DNA of 64,000 nucleotides from an uncultured Desulfobacter sp. (GCA_963665095.1 OY762069.1:3904001-3968000); one strand, 5' to 3'. Shown: positions 36,645 through 47,675, numbered from the stretch's first letter. Made by a program: numbers and translations. Notes: generated from the letters alone by a model not told the origin.

Positions 36645-37574
36645 ATGGAAAAAATAGGACTTCTCAATCTTCGTTCAAGTTCAGACGGCCCCGGCGGAAA
36701 ACCCGGGAGCTCAGAGGCGTATGCGGTTTCGGCATGGTTCCGGTTCAGCCGGAATATTGAATTTCTGTTCCCTTATCTAAATGCCGTGGTGCCCCATTGC
36801 GAATTCCATCCCAAATTAAGGTTTCTCAGGCTTGAAATGGAGAAAGTCCTTTGCGTGCTTTACCCGGACAAGTGCATCATGTCCCCATTGAAAGACCATG
36901 GGCATGCCAAAGTATTTTCAGAAAAACTGGTGTCGGTTTTAAATGGAATTCTGGGAAAAAAGGAGGAAATCCGCCCCAGGTTCATACCGTTTGAGCAAAT
37001 TCCAGTTACCAGAATTATCAAGATCCTGCCCGGGACCAATTGCGGAAAGTGCGGGTTCAAAACCTGCTTGGCCTTTGCTGCGATGCTCTCAAAACTGAAA
37101 GTCCGGCCTGAAAAGTGCCCCGGTTTAGGCCAGCCGGTCCGGGAACAGGTAACATACCCGGTAATGGATGAACATGGCCGGCCCATGTCCCATGTTACGT
37201 TTCATGTAAACACCTGCAAGGACGCCTTTGACCATGACAGCCGGAATATAAGTGCCATGGAAAAACCAGCCCTGCGTCCTGAGTACGGGCCTTTGTCCGT
37301 GCCGTTTTTTCCCGGGCAAAATTCATCAGAAATTAAGGATTCGCAAACCAGCCCTGAGAATATGAATCACCCAGTGATTCCGGACCCTTTAAGCCCAAGG
37401 GAACTGGAAGTTCTCGGGCAAATGGGCCAGGGCCTGACCAACAGGGAGATCGCCGAAACCCTTTGCATCAGCCCCCATACAGTAAAAAGCCATGTGATCA
37501 ATATCTTCAACAAACTCGGTGTCAACCACAGAACCCAGGCAGTTGTCTGGGCTGCCCGCCAGGGCATTATATAG
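36645..37574 (+). CDS. LuxR-HTH regulator with putative Fe-S-binding domain (start uncertain, 36591-36645)
   Basis: LPGTNCGKCGFKTCLAFA...CP; C-term LSPRELEVL..MGQGLTNREIAE.L.IS.HTVKSH. Confidence 0.85.
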   Translation: MEKIGLLNLRSSSDGPGGKPGSSEAYAVSAWFRFSRNIEFLFPYLNAVVPHCEFHPKLRFLRLEMEKVLCVLYPDKCIMSPLKDHGHAKVFSEKLVSVLNGILGKKEEIRPRFIPFEQIPVTRIIKILPGTNCGKCGFKTCLAFAAMLSKLKVRPEKCPGLGQPVREQVTYPVMDEHGRPMSHVTFHVNTCKDAFDHDSRNISAMEKPALRPEYGPLSVPFFPGQNSSEIKDSQTSPENMNHPVIPDPLSPRELEVLGQMGQGLTNREIAETLCISPHTVKSHVINIFNKLGVNHRTQAVVWAARQGII

Positions 37575-37676
37575 GGTTAGAACGACTCGTCAGCGCGGAA
37601 AAAACAGCATCGCTTTTGTAAAAAGCAAATCAGATTCAACAGGACTTGACTCACGGAGATAGCTGAGAGGCTCAAA

Positions 37677-39091
37677 CTCCTGTTCGACAGTCATAGGTTT
37701 ACAAAAACTCAAAAACAGCGCCAATAAAGGGATACGGCGATCGGCAAAAATGGCGTAGTGTCTACAAATTTAGGGGGTGGTTTGAATGGATGTGACCATT
37801 TTAGGAGGTGATATCTTCAATTTTTTGAATATGTTACGCTGATTTTGAGTCAATTCTGTGTACTGTAGTATACGTCCATCTTTATGCAAAAATTTCCCCA
37901 GATGCAGGCGCTCAAGCTCGGCCCGCACCCGCGGCCAGGTCATGCCGGCCTCAAGTTCCGCGATCCTTACCAGCAGCAGGGCAAGCCAGCATAGCAGGAC
38001 ATGGGATCTGATGCGGTCGTCCTTGGTATGGTAGACCGGCCTGAGGGACAGGGTTGATTTCAGTGTACGGAAAGCCCGCTCAACCTCCATTAGCTGTTTA
38101 TAGCCAAGGGCTACGTCTTCATCAGACAAACTTTGGTCGCTGTGCTTAAAAGATACTTGCCATCCAGCTTTTCGCATTGCCTGACCTTGGCTTTGTCCAC
38201 AGCGAGCTTCCCGGATTTCAACTCCTTGAGATACCTGCCCATGGACCGGTGGGCAAGCAGGGCATATTTTGCCTTGAGAAAGGATTTTTCCTGTAGCTTA
38301 CCCATAGCTTCCAGTTCAACCTTGATCCGTTCCAGATTTCTTTCACGGACATGCTTGTCGTGTTCAGCCTGCTCTGGATTGTACGCAACAACAAATCGGC
38401 GTTTCCCGCTACCCTCTCCGACATAGACCTCTTTAATATGAAGGTTCTCTTTGATCACCTTAAAGCGTCCACCCCGGTTCAGGGCTACTTCGTTCAGATT
38501 AGGCCCCCTGAGCTTTTCCCCCAGGATATACTGCCCGCCGGCTTTCTGCAGAATTTTACGGTTCTCTTCGCTGGTCATCCCCCGATCCATGGCCCAGATT
38601 ACATGACCCAGTCTCCAGTCATTCATATCACGCTGGATCTGCTCCACGCATTTTGCATCGTTCTGATTGCCGGGCATTGCCCGGCATCGTACCGGAATGC
38701 CTTCCCGTGTTACGGCTAAACCGATGGTGACCTGAGGACAGTCCTCCCGTTTATGTTTGGATTTCCCGAATGCCAGTAACTCCGAGTCTCCAGGATCATC
38801 CATCTCAAAATAGGTATTTGTGGTGTCAAAAAAAATCAGATCAACCGTAAGGTTGAGCAAATTGGCAGTCGCCCGGAAAACCTTTTCCTGAATGACAGCT
38901 TCATGCTTGAGCAGGAAATCCATGCTGCGGTAGAGATGCTGAACCTGAAGAGGGTCTTCAATGCCCAGGTGCACGTCCTTGGCTGCCCATTCTTCAACCA
39001 CGTTTGGGCGCCGAGAACTACATTTTTGCTGAAATTATTGGAAATCCTGACAAAATTTCGAAAAAATGAACCTACAACTGTCGAACAGGAG
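37677..39091 (-). mobile_element. IS1634-like element, internally deleted
   Basis: IRs CTCCTGTTCGACAGTCATAGGTT and (rc) CTCCTGTTCGACAGTTGTAGGTT; no matching target duplication. Confidence 0.8.
37770..39001 (-). pseudogene. IS1634-family transposase, 5'-truncated and frameshifted near 38150
   Basis: FFDTTNTYFE, G.SK.KR.D.PQV, MDRGM, Y.QL.EVERAFR.LKS.L.LRPVYH, split over two frames. Confidence 0.88.
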
Positions 39092-39558
39092 CTAACGTAT
39101 TGAATAAAATTCCCAAATCAATTCAGCCGAAAGCCAAAACAGATTTACATGAAATATGGCAGGCACCGACCAAGGCTGATGCACAGAAAGCGTTAACAGC
39201 TTTATAAACACATACAAAGCCAACTACCCCAATGCGGTTAAATGTTTGGTAAAGGATCATGAAGCGTTGCTGAATTTTTATGATTTCCCGGCAGAGCATT
39301 GGCGACATATCCGCACCAGCAACCCAATTGAGTCCACGTTTGCCACCGTCCGGTTGAGGACTGCAAAGGTCAGGGGCTGTTTTTCCTCAACAAGCGTGCT
39401 TTCGATGGCGTTCAAGTTGTGTCGATCTGCAGAAAAACGATGGATCAGGCTTCACCACTATGAAAAATTGGGATTATTGATTGAGGGGGTCAAGTTTATA
39501 GATGGAGTGGAAGATAGGAACGCCGCTTGATTTCAAACACAACATTTGACAATAACTC
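39092..39558 (+). pseudogene. IS256-family transposase 3' fragment with right end
   Basis: NVLNKIPKSIQPKAK..LHEIW, frameshift, then FYDFPAEHWRHIRTSNPIESTFATVRLRT; end CAACATTTGACAATAACTC. Confidence 0.88.
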
Positions 39559-39963
39559 CAACGCCGTTGCCTTCGGCTGGATTGAAACCCGACTAACTGC
39601 CGCCAAGGAGAAGGGGGGGGTGCAAGTAGGAAAACAGCTATCCCCCTTTTAACAGTCACGGGCGTTTGACTGAAACAACCGGCGAGTTACCAAGGTACGA
39701 CATTTAAAAATAGAATTTATCAGTCCGAAGCTGACACCATGTTGACACATACAACCTTGTGAAATCCTGAAACCATTTCCCGCAAACAAAATGGAAATAA
39801 AATCAATCGGATTTGACGTCCGAGTGCCCACCAGTGAGCCGCGTGCTTCCGTGATCGGCAGCAAAGTAGCTATACCAGGCCTTGTTGCCAATTTGTTTTA
39901 AAATGCAGAAAGAAATTGATAGGGATGACCATTCAACCGGTTATTTTACAATCTAAGAGATCA

Positions 39964-40653
39964 TCATGCAGGTTCCCGGCAGATCTCTTCATTGGCCAGA
40001 GAAAAGACCTCTTCCCAGGATGTACAGCGGGTCATTCTGTTATGCCCTGAACATGCTCGATTCCAGGGTTTGTGGATCAATGCAGTGGAAACGCCCATCT
40101 CTTTTGCAAGAAACATTGCCATCTCAGGGGAATCCTCAACTGCCAGGTCATATGGCATCATGGCCAGCTCATCTTTTGTAATGGCCAGGGCCATATTATT
40201 TCCGGGGCGGTTGTATTTATCCACCATAATAAATCCTCTGAAGGGAACTCCATGCTTTTCAAGCCAGGTCAGCGTCGCATCATGGGCCGATGTTGGGCGG
40301 CCAGTTACGATGTCTATGGTATGTCCTGCTTCAACCCATGCCTGAAGAGACTGGACAGCGCCGCTTACCGGTTTAAACCCGAGAAGGAAATCGGGCTGGT
40401 GAACCAGGCCAAAAAAGTAGCGAAACTCGGCATCTGTCAGATTAAAACAGGTCTTAAGATCAAAGCAGGTCAAATCGTCAAAGGATACGATTTTGCCAAA
40501 CTCCTGTTCGATAACGTCCGGATAGGTTTCTGTGGTTATGGATACCACATCATCCATATCCACATAAATGGTTTTTGGCTGCACGCTCACCCGGCTTCCT
40601 GGCTCCTTTTCCCCTGAATCAACACACCCGGCAGCTTTCAGGCTTTCCATCAC
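39964..40653 (-). CDS. HAD-superfamily 5'(3')-nucleotidase-like protein (start uncertain)
   Basis: IYVDMDDVV, IVTGRP, AVEDS, PWNR. Confidence 0.8.
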   Translation of the reverse strand: MMESLKAAGCVDSGEKEPGSRVSVQPKTIYVDMDDVVSITTETYPDVIEQEFGKIVSFDDLTCFDLKTCFNLTDAEFRYFFGLVHQPDFLLGFKPVSGAVQSLQAWVEAGHTIDIVTGRPTSAHDATLTWLEKHGVPFRGFIMVDKYNRPGNNMALAITKDELAMMPYDLAVEDSPEMAMFLAKEMGVSTALIHKPWNRACSGHNRMTRCTSWEEVFSLANEEICREPA

Positions 40654-40701
40654 CCTGCGCAGCCGCCGGCATCATCTCCACAACGTGCTTTTAGCAGAAT
40701 A

Positions 40702-42255
40702 TCAGGAACTTTGCAAAACCAATTGTTCAAATGCGGTTAAAGCGGCCTTGGCCCCTTCTCCCATGCTGATGATAATCTGCTTATAGGGAACAGTGGTGAC
40801 ATCGCCAGCGGCCAGAATCCCTGGCACTGAAGTCCTGCATTTTTCGTCTACTACGATCTCACCAAGCCGGTTGGTTTCCACCAGATCTTTGACACAGTCG
40901 CTGTTGGGCAGAAGGCCGATCTGCACAAATATACCGTCCAGGCTGAACAATTTCTCCTCCTGGTTTTCCCGGTCTTTGTATTTAATCCCTGTGACCTTTT
41001 CCCCGTTGCCCGCGACTTCAAGGACCTGAACATTTTTTTGAATGGTGACATTGGGCAAAGATTCTGCCTTTTCCACCAGAACCCGGTCAGCCTTCAGTTC
41101 AGGCAGAAACTCAAATACGGTGACAGACCCGACCATACCGGCCAGGTCAATGGCAGCTTCAATGCCGGAATTGCCGCCGCCGATAACCGCCACGTCACGC
41201 CCCTTGTAAAACGGACCATCGCAATGGGGGCAAAATGCCACGCCGCGGCCGATATACTCTTTTTCACCGGGCACGCCCAGCTGCCGCCATTTGGCACCAG
41301 TGGCCAGAATCAGTGCTCTGACATTAAAATGCTCACCGGAATCCAGGGTCAGGTGTCTGACTTCACCATTTTCGATTTCTGTCAGCCGCCTATGTTCCAG
41401 CACCTTAATATCATAGACACTGACATGCTCACTGAGTTTTTGTGCAAGCTGCGGGCCTTCGGTATAGGGCACGGATATCAGATTTTCGATGCCTTTGGTA
41501 TCCTTGACCTGACCACCGATTCTTTCAGCCACAAGAATCGTTTTCAGCCCTTTTCGAGCTGAATAAATCGCTGCGGAGGCCCCGGCAGGGCCGCCCCCCA
41601 CAACCGCCACATCCCAGAGACCAAGATCCACGGGCTCCCTGGGGCCTGCCTCCTCGATCCCAAAATAATCCTCAAGTTTGGCCAACAGCCCTGGCAGATC
41701 GTTTTTCCCGGAGCTTATCAGACTTTTTTCATGGATAACGCTGGGCACGCCCTGAATGCCAAGGGCCTGGACATCATCCTGGAAAAAGGCGCCGTCCACC
41801 ATTTCATGGGTTATTCCGGGATGAAATACCGCCATCAGATTTAAAGCCTGGATCACTTCCGGGCAGTTTTCACAGGAGAGGGAAACATAGGTTTTCAGAT
41901 CTATGGGGCCATTGAGCCGGCAGATACGGTCAATAATGGCCTGGTCCGGCAACTTCCCTTTTCGGTCTGCATTAAGGACGGCCAGCACCAGGGAGGTAAA
42001 CTCGTGTCCCCCGGGAATACCTGAAAAAGCAATCCCTGTATCCTCTCCTTCATGTCTCAGACAGAAACGGGGCACCACAGATGTCTGTCCTGACTCCGAG
42101 ACCCGTATTTTCTCCGAAGTTTCTGCCACCTGGGTCAGCATCTCAGTGAGTTCACTCTGCTTGTCGTGGCTGCTGACATCCACAACCAGGTCAATGTGTC
42201 CTTCCAGCTTTTGAAATACAGTTTTCAATTGGTCAACTATTTCAGGATCTATCAT
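40702..42255 (-). CDS. ahpF: Alkyl hydroperoxide reductase subunit F
   Basis: [49 protein letters not shown]. Confidence 0.96.
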   Translation of the reverse strand: MIDPEIVDQLKTVFQKLEGHIDLVVDVSSHDKQSELTEMLTQVAETSEKIRVSESGQTSVVPRFCLRHEGEDTGIAFSGIPGGHEFTSLVLAVLNADRKGKLPDQAIIDRICRLNGPIDLKTYVSLSCENCPEVIQALNLMAVFHPGITHEMVDGAFFQDDVQALGIQGVPSVIHEKSLISSGKNDLPGLLAKLEDYFGIEEAGPREPVDLGLWDVAVVGGGPAGASAAIYSARKGLKTILVAERIGGQVKDTKGIENLISVPYTEGPQLAQKLSEHVSVYDIKVLEHRRLTEIENGEVRHLTLDSGEHFNVRALILATGAKWRQLGVPGEKEYIGRGVAFCPHCDGPFYKGRDVAVIGGGNSGIEAAIDLAGMVGSVTVFEFLPELKADRVLVEKAESLPNVTIQKNVQVLEVAGNGEKVTGIKYKDRENQEEKLFSLDGIFVQIGLLPNSDCVKDLVETNRLGEIVVDEKCRTSVPGILAAGDVTTVPYKQIIISMGEGAKAALTAFEQLVLQSS

Positions 42256-42336
42256 GGTGCACCTCTGTATGAAAAAGGGGGGAAGTGTCTAATTCCCCCC
42301 GGATTTATGTTTATTCGGTCTCTTTATTAAATTGGA

Positions 42337-42903
42337 TTAAATTTTACCAACCAGATCCAGACCAGGTTTAAGCGTCGCAGCCCCTTCTTTCCACTTTGCC
42401 GGGCAGACTTCATTGGGATTGGCAGCAATATACTGGGCAGCTTTTACCTTTCTGAGCAGCTCATCTGCGTTCCTGCCGATCCCGTTGTCATTAACCTCGG
42501 CAAGCTTAATCTGTCCTTCGGGATTCACAAGAAAGGTACCCCGGTAGGCAAGGCCTTCTTCTTCAATATAGACCCCGAAATCCCGGGACAGTTTCCCTGT
42601 GGGATCTGCCAGCATGGGAAAATTGATCTTTTTAATGGTGTCGGACGCGTCATGCCATGCTTTGTGGGTAAAGTGGGTGTCGGTGCTGACACTGTATACT
42701 TCAACTCCCATTTCTTTGAACGCTGCATAGTTGTCAGCCATATCACCCAGCTCCGTGGGGCATACAAAGGTAAAGTCTGCCGGGTAAAAGAAAAAGATCC
42801 CCCATTTGCCTTGCAGATCGTCCCGGGTCACTTCCCTGAATTCACCATTGTGATAGGCCTGAACTTTGAAATCCTGAATCTGAGTGTTGATTAAAGTCTG
42901 CAT
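42337..42903 (-). CDS. ahpC: Alkyl hydroperoxide reductase subunit C
   Basis: FYPADFTFVCPTEL, STDTHFTHKAWH, EVCPAKW. Confidence 0.98.
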   Translation of the reverse strand: MQTLINTQIQDFKVQAYHNGEFREVTRDDLQGKWGIFFFYPADFTFVCPTELGDMADNYAAFKEMGVEVYSVSTDTHFTHKAWHDASDTIKKINFPMLADPTGKLSRDFGVYIEEEGLAYRGTFLVNPEGQIKLAEVNDNGIGRNADELLRKVKAAQYIAANPNEVCPAKWKEGAATLKPGLDLVGKI

Positions 42904-42987
42904 TGTTGTCTCCTTTAAATAATTAATTGGTTGCTATCAAATTAAGCTCTCTTTGTGGAAAGCGTTTAACCCTGGAGACAATATGTC

Positions 42988-43044
42988 ATAGGACTTGATA
43001 ATTTAAAAATATTAAAAAGCTATCTATTGATAGCCTTGTCCTAT
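42988..43044 (-). promoter_or_regulatory. Possible OxyR-type site upstream of ahpC
   Basis: Exact ATAG-N7-CTAT at 43030-43044, plus CTAT at 43020 and ATAG at 42988. Confidence 0.45.
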
Positions 43045-43204
43045 CGTATGCAGCATACTGATATTTCTCGTGTTTTAAATCCTGCCACCTGTAAAATTGG
43101 GCTTGCCTGAAACCAAAGGAGCTGATTCAATACCTGAAAAACTACCATGCATCCGGAACAGAAATATCCGTATGAAAATAACTTAAAAGCAGGATGGACA
43201 AAAT

Positions 43205-44254
43205 ATGAGACAAAGAGCATTGGAGCTTGGCTTGACGTTTGGATCTTTCAGCAGGGGGGCATGCAATGCCATTACAGATGTACCTGGTGTACAAGTCGGC
43301 CATGCAACACTTATCTGTGATACCCCCTGCACCATCCGCACCGGCGTTACCGCCATCATTCCGGCACCAGATAATTTATTTTCCCATCCTGTCCGGGCCG
43401 GGGCGTTTGTGGTCAACGGTTTTGGTAAAACCGCCGGACTGGTCCAGGTACAGGAGCTGGGCCGGATAGAAACCCCTATTGTCCTGACCAATACGCTTTC
43501 TGTGGGCACTGCCATGGAAGCGGTTGTCCGATATAAAATATCTCGGAATCCGGGCCTTCGAAGTGTCAACCCGGTTATCGGAGAGTGCAATGACGGACTG
43601 CTCAATGATATCCGCAAACTGTCCGTTGAGGTAAGGGATGTGCTACACGCGTTGAAAACAGCCAAAAGCGGCCATATTGAAACCGGAACTGTTGGCGCAG
43701 GCACCGGCATGGTCTGTTTTGGATACAAGGGCGGAATCGGCACCGCGTCCAGGATTATTCCTGTGGATGGTAAAAAATTTACTCTTGGCGTTCTTGTTCT
43801 GTCTAATTATGGCAGCATGGACCAACTGACCGTGTGCGGAAGAAAATTTCCCGTGTCAAAACCTTCGGGAAAAGATCATCAGGATGGTTCCATTATGGTG
43901 ATCATGGGAACAGATCTGCCTCTGTCCAGCCGGCAGCTGACCCGGGTGGCAAAACGGGCGGCATTTGGCGTTGCCCGTACCGGTGGCACCTGCAGCCACG
44001 GGTCCGGAGAAATAGCCATTGCCTTTTCAACGGCCGGCCGCATGCCAAAAGAGAAATCCGCAACGGTGTTTGATGTGCAGATCCTCAATGAAAACCATCC
44101 TGTTATTTCCCAAATATTTGAAGCATCCATTGACTGTGTTGAAGAGGCTGTTATTGATTCAATGCTCACTGCCACCACTTTAAAAGGAATTCACCAAAAC
44201 ACCATCTATGAATTGCCGGTTGAAAACTTTATAGATGTACTGTCTGAAATTTAG
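43205..44254 (+). CDS. dmpA: DmpA-like aminopeptidase (peptidase S58/P1)
   Basis: NAITDVPGV.VGH, RTGVT, NGFGK..G, ECNDG, GAGTGM, DGSI. Confidence 0.9.
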   Translation: MRQRALELGLTFGSFSRGACNAITDVPGVQVGHATLICDTPCTIRTGVTAIIPAPDNLFSHPVRAGAFVVNGFGKTAGLVQVQELGRIETPIVLTNTLSVGTAMEAVVRYKISRNPGLRSVNPVIGECNDGLLNDIRKLSVEVRDVLHALKTAKSGHIETGTVGAGTGMVCFGYKGGIGTASRIIPVDGKKFTLGVLVLSNYGSMDQLTVCGRKFPVSKPSGKDHQDGSIMVIMGTDLPLSSRQLTRVAKRAAFGVARTGGTCSHGSGEIAIAFSTAGRMPKEKSATVFDVQILNENHPVISQIFEASIDCVEEAVIDSMLTATTLKGIHQNTIYELPVENFIDVLSEI

Positions 44255-44291
44255 CTTGCCTGACAGGTTTGAAACTGATTGAATACCGGCC

Positions 44292-45698
44292 ATGAAATTT
44301 AAGAATGTAACATATGACGGCCTGAAAATTCCTTTGTTTGATGCAGCACCCGGCCAGTTCTGGTGCATATTGGGCCGCAACCGGTCCGGCATTGACACCT
44401 TTTTTAATCTTTTGTCCCATGACGACCTGAAAGGCGACCTGGCATCGTCTTTCCAGCCCGAAGAGACAGGCGTTTTTTCATTTGCTGACCAACAGGCGGT
44501 GTTTGAACAGGAACTAAAAAAAGATGACACCGATTTCATGGATCGCCTGGATCCGGGCACGCCGGCCAGGGAGTTTCTCCATGACCCGCAGGCCCACATG
44601 GAGATGATCCGGGCCTTTGACATGGAACAGGTACTGGACCAGGGATATCGACAGCTCTCCACAGGCCAGGCCAGAAAATTGTTGCTGCTGTCCCATATCA
44701 CCCGTGGCAGTAAATGGCTGGTAATCCAGTCGCCCTTTGACGGGCTGGACACCCGTGCATGCACCCGGCTGGACCTGGCCTTAAGCCACTGCAGGGCCAA
44801 TGGAATAGGAATTCTTGTTTTTGTACACAACCCTGAAGATATCCCGCCAAGCGCCACTCATCTGGGCATCATTGAAAACAGTCAGCTGCGCCACGCCGGA
44901 CCCCGTATGAACATTCAGACCCTGCTGCCGGAATTCCAGGGCCGGGCTCATTTTATTGCCGACCTGAAAGATCTGGTGCCCCACCCTTCACGCCAGGCCC
45001 GGAAACCTGATACCCAGAATCACCATGCCCGCCTGGAACTGGTTCGACTTGAGGACGGGCATGCCGGTTATGGAAACAAAACTATTTTCTCACATCTTGA
45101 TCTGAAAATAGCGGCGGGCGACCATACGCTGGTATCAGGACCAAACGGCTGCGGTAAATCCACCTTGCTCCATGTGATCACCGGAGACCATCCCGCCTGC
45201 TACCAGAACCGGCTGTGGCTGTTTGGCACCCGCAGGGGAACCGGTGAATCAATCTGGGATTTAAAGAAAAGGATGGGCATTGTCAGCACGGATCTTCACC
45301 GCAACTACCGGGTGCCGGGAAGCGCCCTGGACTGCGTTCTCTCCGGCCTGTATGATTCCATCGGCCTTTACCAGAGACCCAGTGCCGAAGAGGAGCAGGC
45401 AGCCTTGGCCTGGCTTGAACGTATCAGCCTGTCAGACAAGGCTGATATCCCGTTCCGCGCCCTCTCCTATGCAGACCAGCGACTGGTTCTCATTGCCCGT
45501 GCCCTGATCAAGCTGCCGGATCTTCTTGTGCTGGATGAACCCACACACGGCCTTGACCGGGTCAACCGCAACGCCATTCTGGATTTCCTGGGCCAGGTCG
45601 CCAATGACAACCTGAGCACCATTTTATATGTCAGCCACAGGGAAGATGAGTTCAGGGATTTTTTTGTCTCTCATCTCCGCCTGGATAACGCAGGCTGA
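44292..45698 (+). CDS. modF: ModF-like duplicated ABC ATPase
   Basis: Degenerate first ABC domain (LSTGQ.RK, PFDGLD); GPNGCGKST, GDHP..Y.N, RRGTGESIWD.K. Confidence 0.85.
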   Translation: MKFKNVTYDGLKIPLFDAAPGQFWCILGRNRSGIDTFFNLLSHDDLKGDLASSFQPEETGVFSFADQQAVFEQELKKDDTDFMDRLDPGTPAREFLHDPQAHMEMIRAFDMEQVLDQGYRQLSTGQARKLLLLSHITRGSKWLVIQSPFDGLDTRACTRLDLALSHCRANGIGILVFVHNPEDIPPSATHLGIIENSQLRHAGPRMNIQTLLPEFQGRAHFIADLKDLVPHPSRQARKPDTQNHHARLELVRLEDGHAGYGNKTIFSHLDLKIAAGDHTLVSGPNGCGKSTLLHVITGDHPACYQNRLWLFGTRRGTGESIWDLKKRMGIVSTDLHRNYRVPGSALDCVLSGLYDSIGLYQRPSAEEEQAALAWLERISLSDKADIPFRALSYADQRLVLIARALIKLPDLLVLDEPTHGLDRVNRNAILDFLGQVANDNLSTILYVSHREDEFRDFFVSHLRLDNAG

Positions 45699-45817
45699 AT
45701 TCCTTGCCGTCTCATGCCCATCCCCAACTAATCTGACATATTGTTTTCCCCCCCACCTTTGATGAATGCTGCCGGTTCTGTCTCTTTTTTGTTTCCGGCA
45801 TTTCTTTCGATCTCAAC

Positions 45818-45866
45818 CTGTAACCTATCTGTAACATTAGATAGTTTAATCAAAGCCATACAGCCA
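45818..45866 (+). promoter_or_regulatory. Direct-repeat promoter motif (copy 2)
   Basis: CTGTAAC-ctat-CTGTAAC ... CATACAGCCA. Confidence 0.55.
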
Positions 45867-45972
45867 GAATCATAAAGCCACCTTCCGGGTTTCATCCTCA
45901 CTGCGATAGTCCTGCCCACCTTATCCGTTAAACAGAGTCTGGCATTTATACTATTAAGTTCAGAGAGGTTAC

Positions 45973-46698
45973 ATGAAGCAACCGAAACGAAAACTGCGCA
46001 ATTTGAGTCGCGTTATTCTGATTTTTGTTTTAACGGGGATAACCAGTGGTGAAATCACCGGCACAGAGACCACCTGCCCAGGCCGGGTCACCATATCCGG
46101 AGAAGCGCCCGCCTTTCTCTTTAAGGCAGAAAACACCTCCCTGCTCCAAATTATCAATGAACTGGAATGGCGGTTTGCAGTAACCTTTGCAGGCCTGGAA
46201 GGTCAGATGGATGACAGGATTTCCATGTCCTGCTCAGGCTCTGTGCCAAACATTATTGAGAAACTGTTAAAAACAGCAAATATAAAAAATTGTGCGTTCA
46301 TCTTTAACTGGGAACGCCTGACCCAGGTGATTGTTATCTCCTATACAGGGCCAGGTCCAGGCCCTGCAGCTGTAACGACACCCCATCCTGCCGGCCGGTT
46401 CAGGGGGACTGCAGTAGAGATCAGGTCGGTGAACCAAGGCTCCCAGGCTGAAAGAGTCGGTCTTGAACCCGATGACATCATTATTACCTACAACGGCCAC
46501 AAAATCACCCACGCAAGGGACCTGATCTCCCAGGTAAAAAAAGACGCGTCTGACGCATCTGCACATATCGTGATCCTTCGGGAGGGCAATCTTCACAAAT
46601 TAAATCTGGAGTCCGGCTCGATAGGCATCTGGGTCTTCACTATCCCCATGGATATTCGTGAATTGAAAGCATATTATAATAAAATAGAATCCGGATAA
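45973..46698 (+). CDS. Exported PDZ-domain protein
   Basis: Basic-hydrophobic N-terminus; V..GSQAE.VGL.PDDIIITYNG...I.ILREG. Confidence 0.8.
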   Translation: MKQPKRKLRNLSRVILIFVLTGITSGEITGTETTCPGRVTISGEAPAFLFKAENTSLLQIINELEWRFAVTFAGLEGQMDDRISMSCSGSVPNIIEKLLKTANIKNCAFIFNWERLTQVIVISYTGPGPGPAAVTTPHPAGRFRGTAVEIRSVNQGSQAERVGLEPDDIIITYNGHKITHARDLISQVKKDASDASAHIVILREGNLHKLNLESGSIGIWVFTIPMDIRELKAYYNKIESG

Positions 46699-46853
46699 TC
46701 TATATTCGATCCAGCACACATTATTCCTATCAAATCCGCACAGGCAAAATAATAAATTGCATTGCATACCTGCCTATCTTATTAATCTGTCTATAGTGTT
46801 GTGTATTTTAATGGCAGAGAGCCATTCACTTAAAAAACATCAGACAGGTTCAT

Positions 46854-47675
46854 ATGACACAAAATTTTTTAATGGCGTTTCTTCTTACGGTATTTGCCGG
46901 GCTCTCAACGGGTATCGGCAGCTCACTGGCCTTTTTTGCCAAACGGACAAACACCCGGATGCTCTCCTATGTGCTGGGCTTTTCTGCCGGTGTGATGATC
47001 TATGTCTCTTTTGTTGAACTATTCCCGTCTGCGGTTTCTGAATTTTCAACCCAGATGGGTGAAAAGCGAGCGCTTTTTTACACCATTCTCTCTTTTTTTG
47101 GCGGAATGCTGGTCATTGCACTGATAGATAAATTTATTCCATCCATGGAAAATCCCCATGAAGCCCGCAAAATTGAAGATATGGACGATAAGTCAAAGGA
47201 AGAGCGGTTCAACAGACTTTACCGCATGGGCATCCTGACGGCCGTGGCCCTGGCCATCCATAATTTCCCCGAAGGCATTGCCGCCTTTATGTCGGCGCTT
47301 TCCAATCCTGAAGTCGGAGTTGCCATTGCCATTGCCATTGCCATACACAATATTCCCGAAGGTATTGCCGTATCTGTCCCCATCTATTATGCCACGGGCA
47401 GTCGCTGGAAAGCGTTCTGGCTCTCGTTTCTTTCCGGACTGGCAGAACCCCTGGGCGCGCTGATCGCCTATGTTGCGCTGCTGCCGTTTCTTAAAGACGA
47501 CGGGGCAGGCGCGGCTGTGGGTGCCATCCTGGCCGCTGTTGCCGGAATTATGGTATTTATCTCCCTGGATGAGCTTCTTCCCAGTGCGGAAGAGTACGGA
47601 GAGCACCACATCGCAATTTATGGGGTTATCAGCGGGATGATACTGATGGCGTTCAGCCTGCTTATGCTTGCCTGA
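46854..47675 (+). CDS. zupT: ZIP-family zinc transporter
   Basis: FSAGVMIYVSFVE, AIHNFPEG, AIHNIPEG, SGLAEP.GA, DELLP. Confidence 0.96.
   Translation: MTQNFLMAFLLTVFAGLSTGIGSSLAFFAKRTNTRMLSYVLGFSAGVMIYVSFVELFPSAVSEFSTQMGEKRALFYTILSFFGGMLVIALIDKFIPSMENPHEARKIEDMDDKSKEERFNRLYRMGILTAVALAIHNFPEGIAAFMSALSNPEVGVAIAIAIAIHNIPEGIAVSVPIYYATGSRWKAFWLSFLSGLAEPLGALIAYVALLPFLKDDGAGAAVGAILAAVAGIMVFISLDELLPSAEEYGEHHIAIYGVISGMILMAFSLLMLA

Noticed and set aside
39560..39900. 80-aa ORF (39649-39891) or structured ncRNA right of the IS256 end
   Set aside because: Some hairpins are present but I recognise no family; probably mobile-element debris, not supportable without a search
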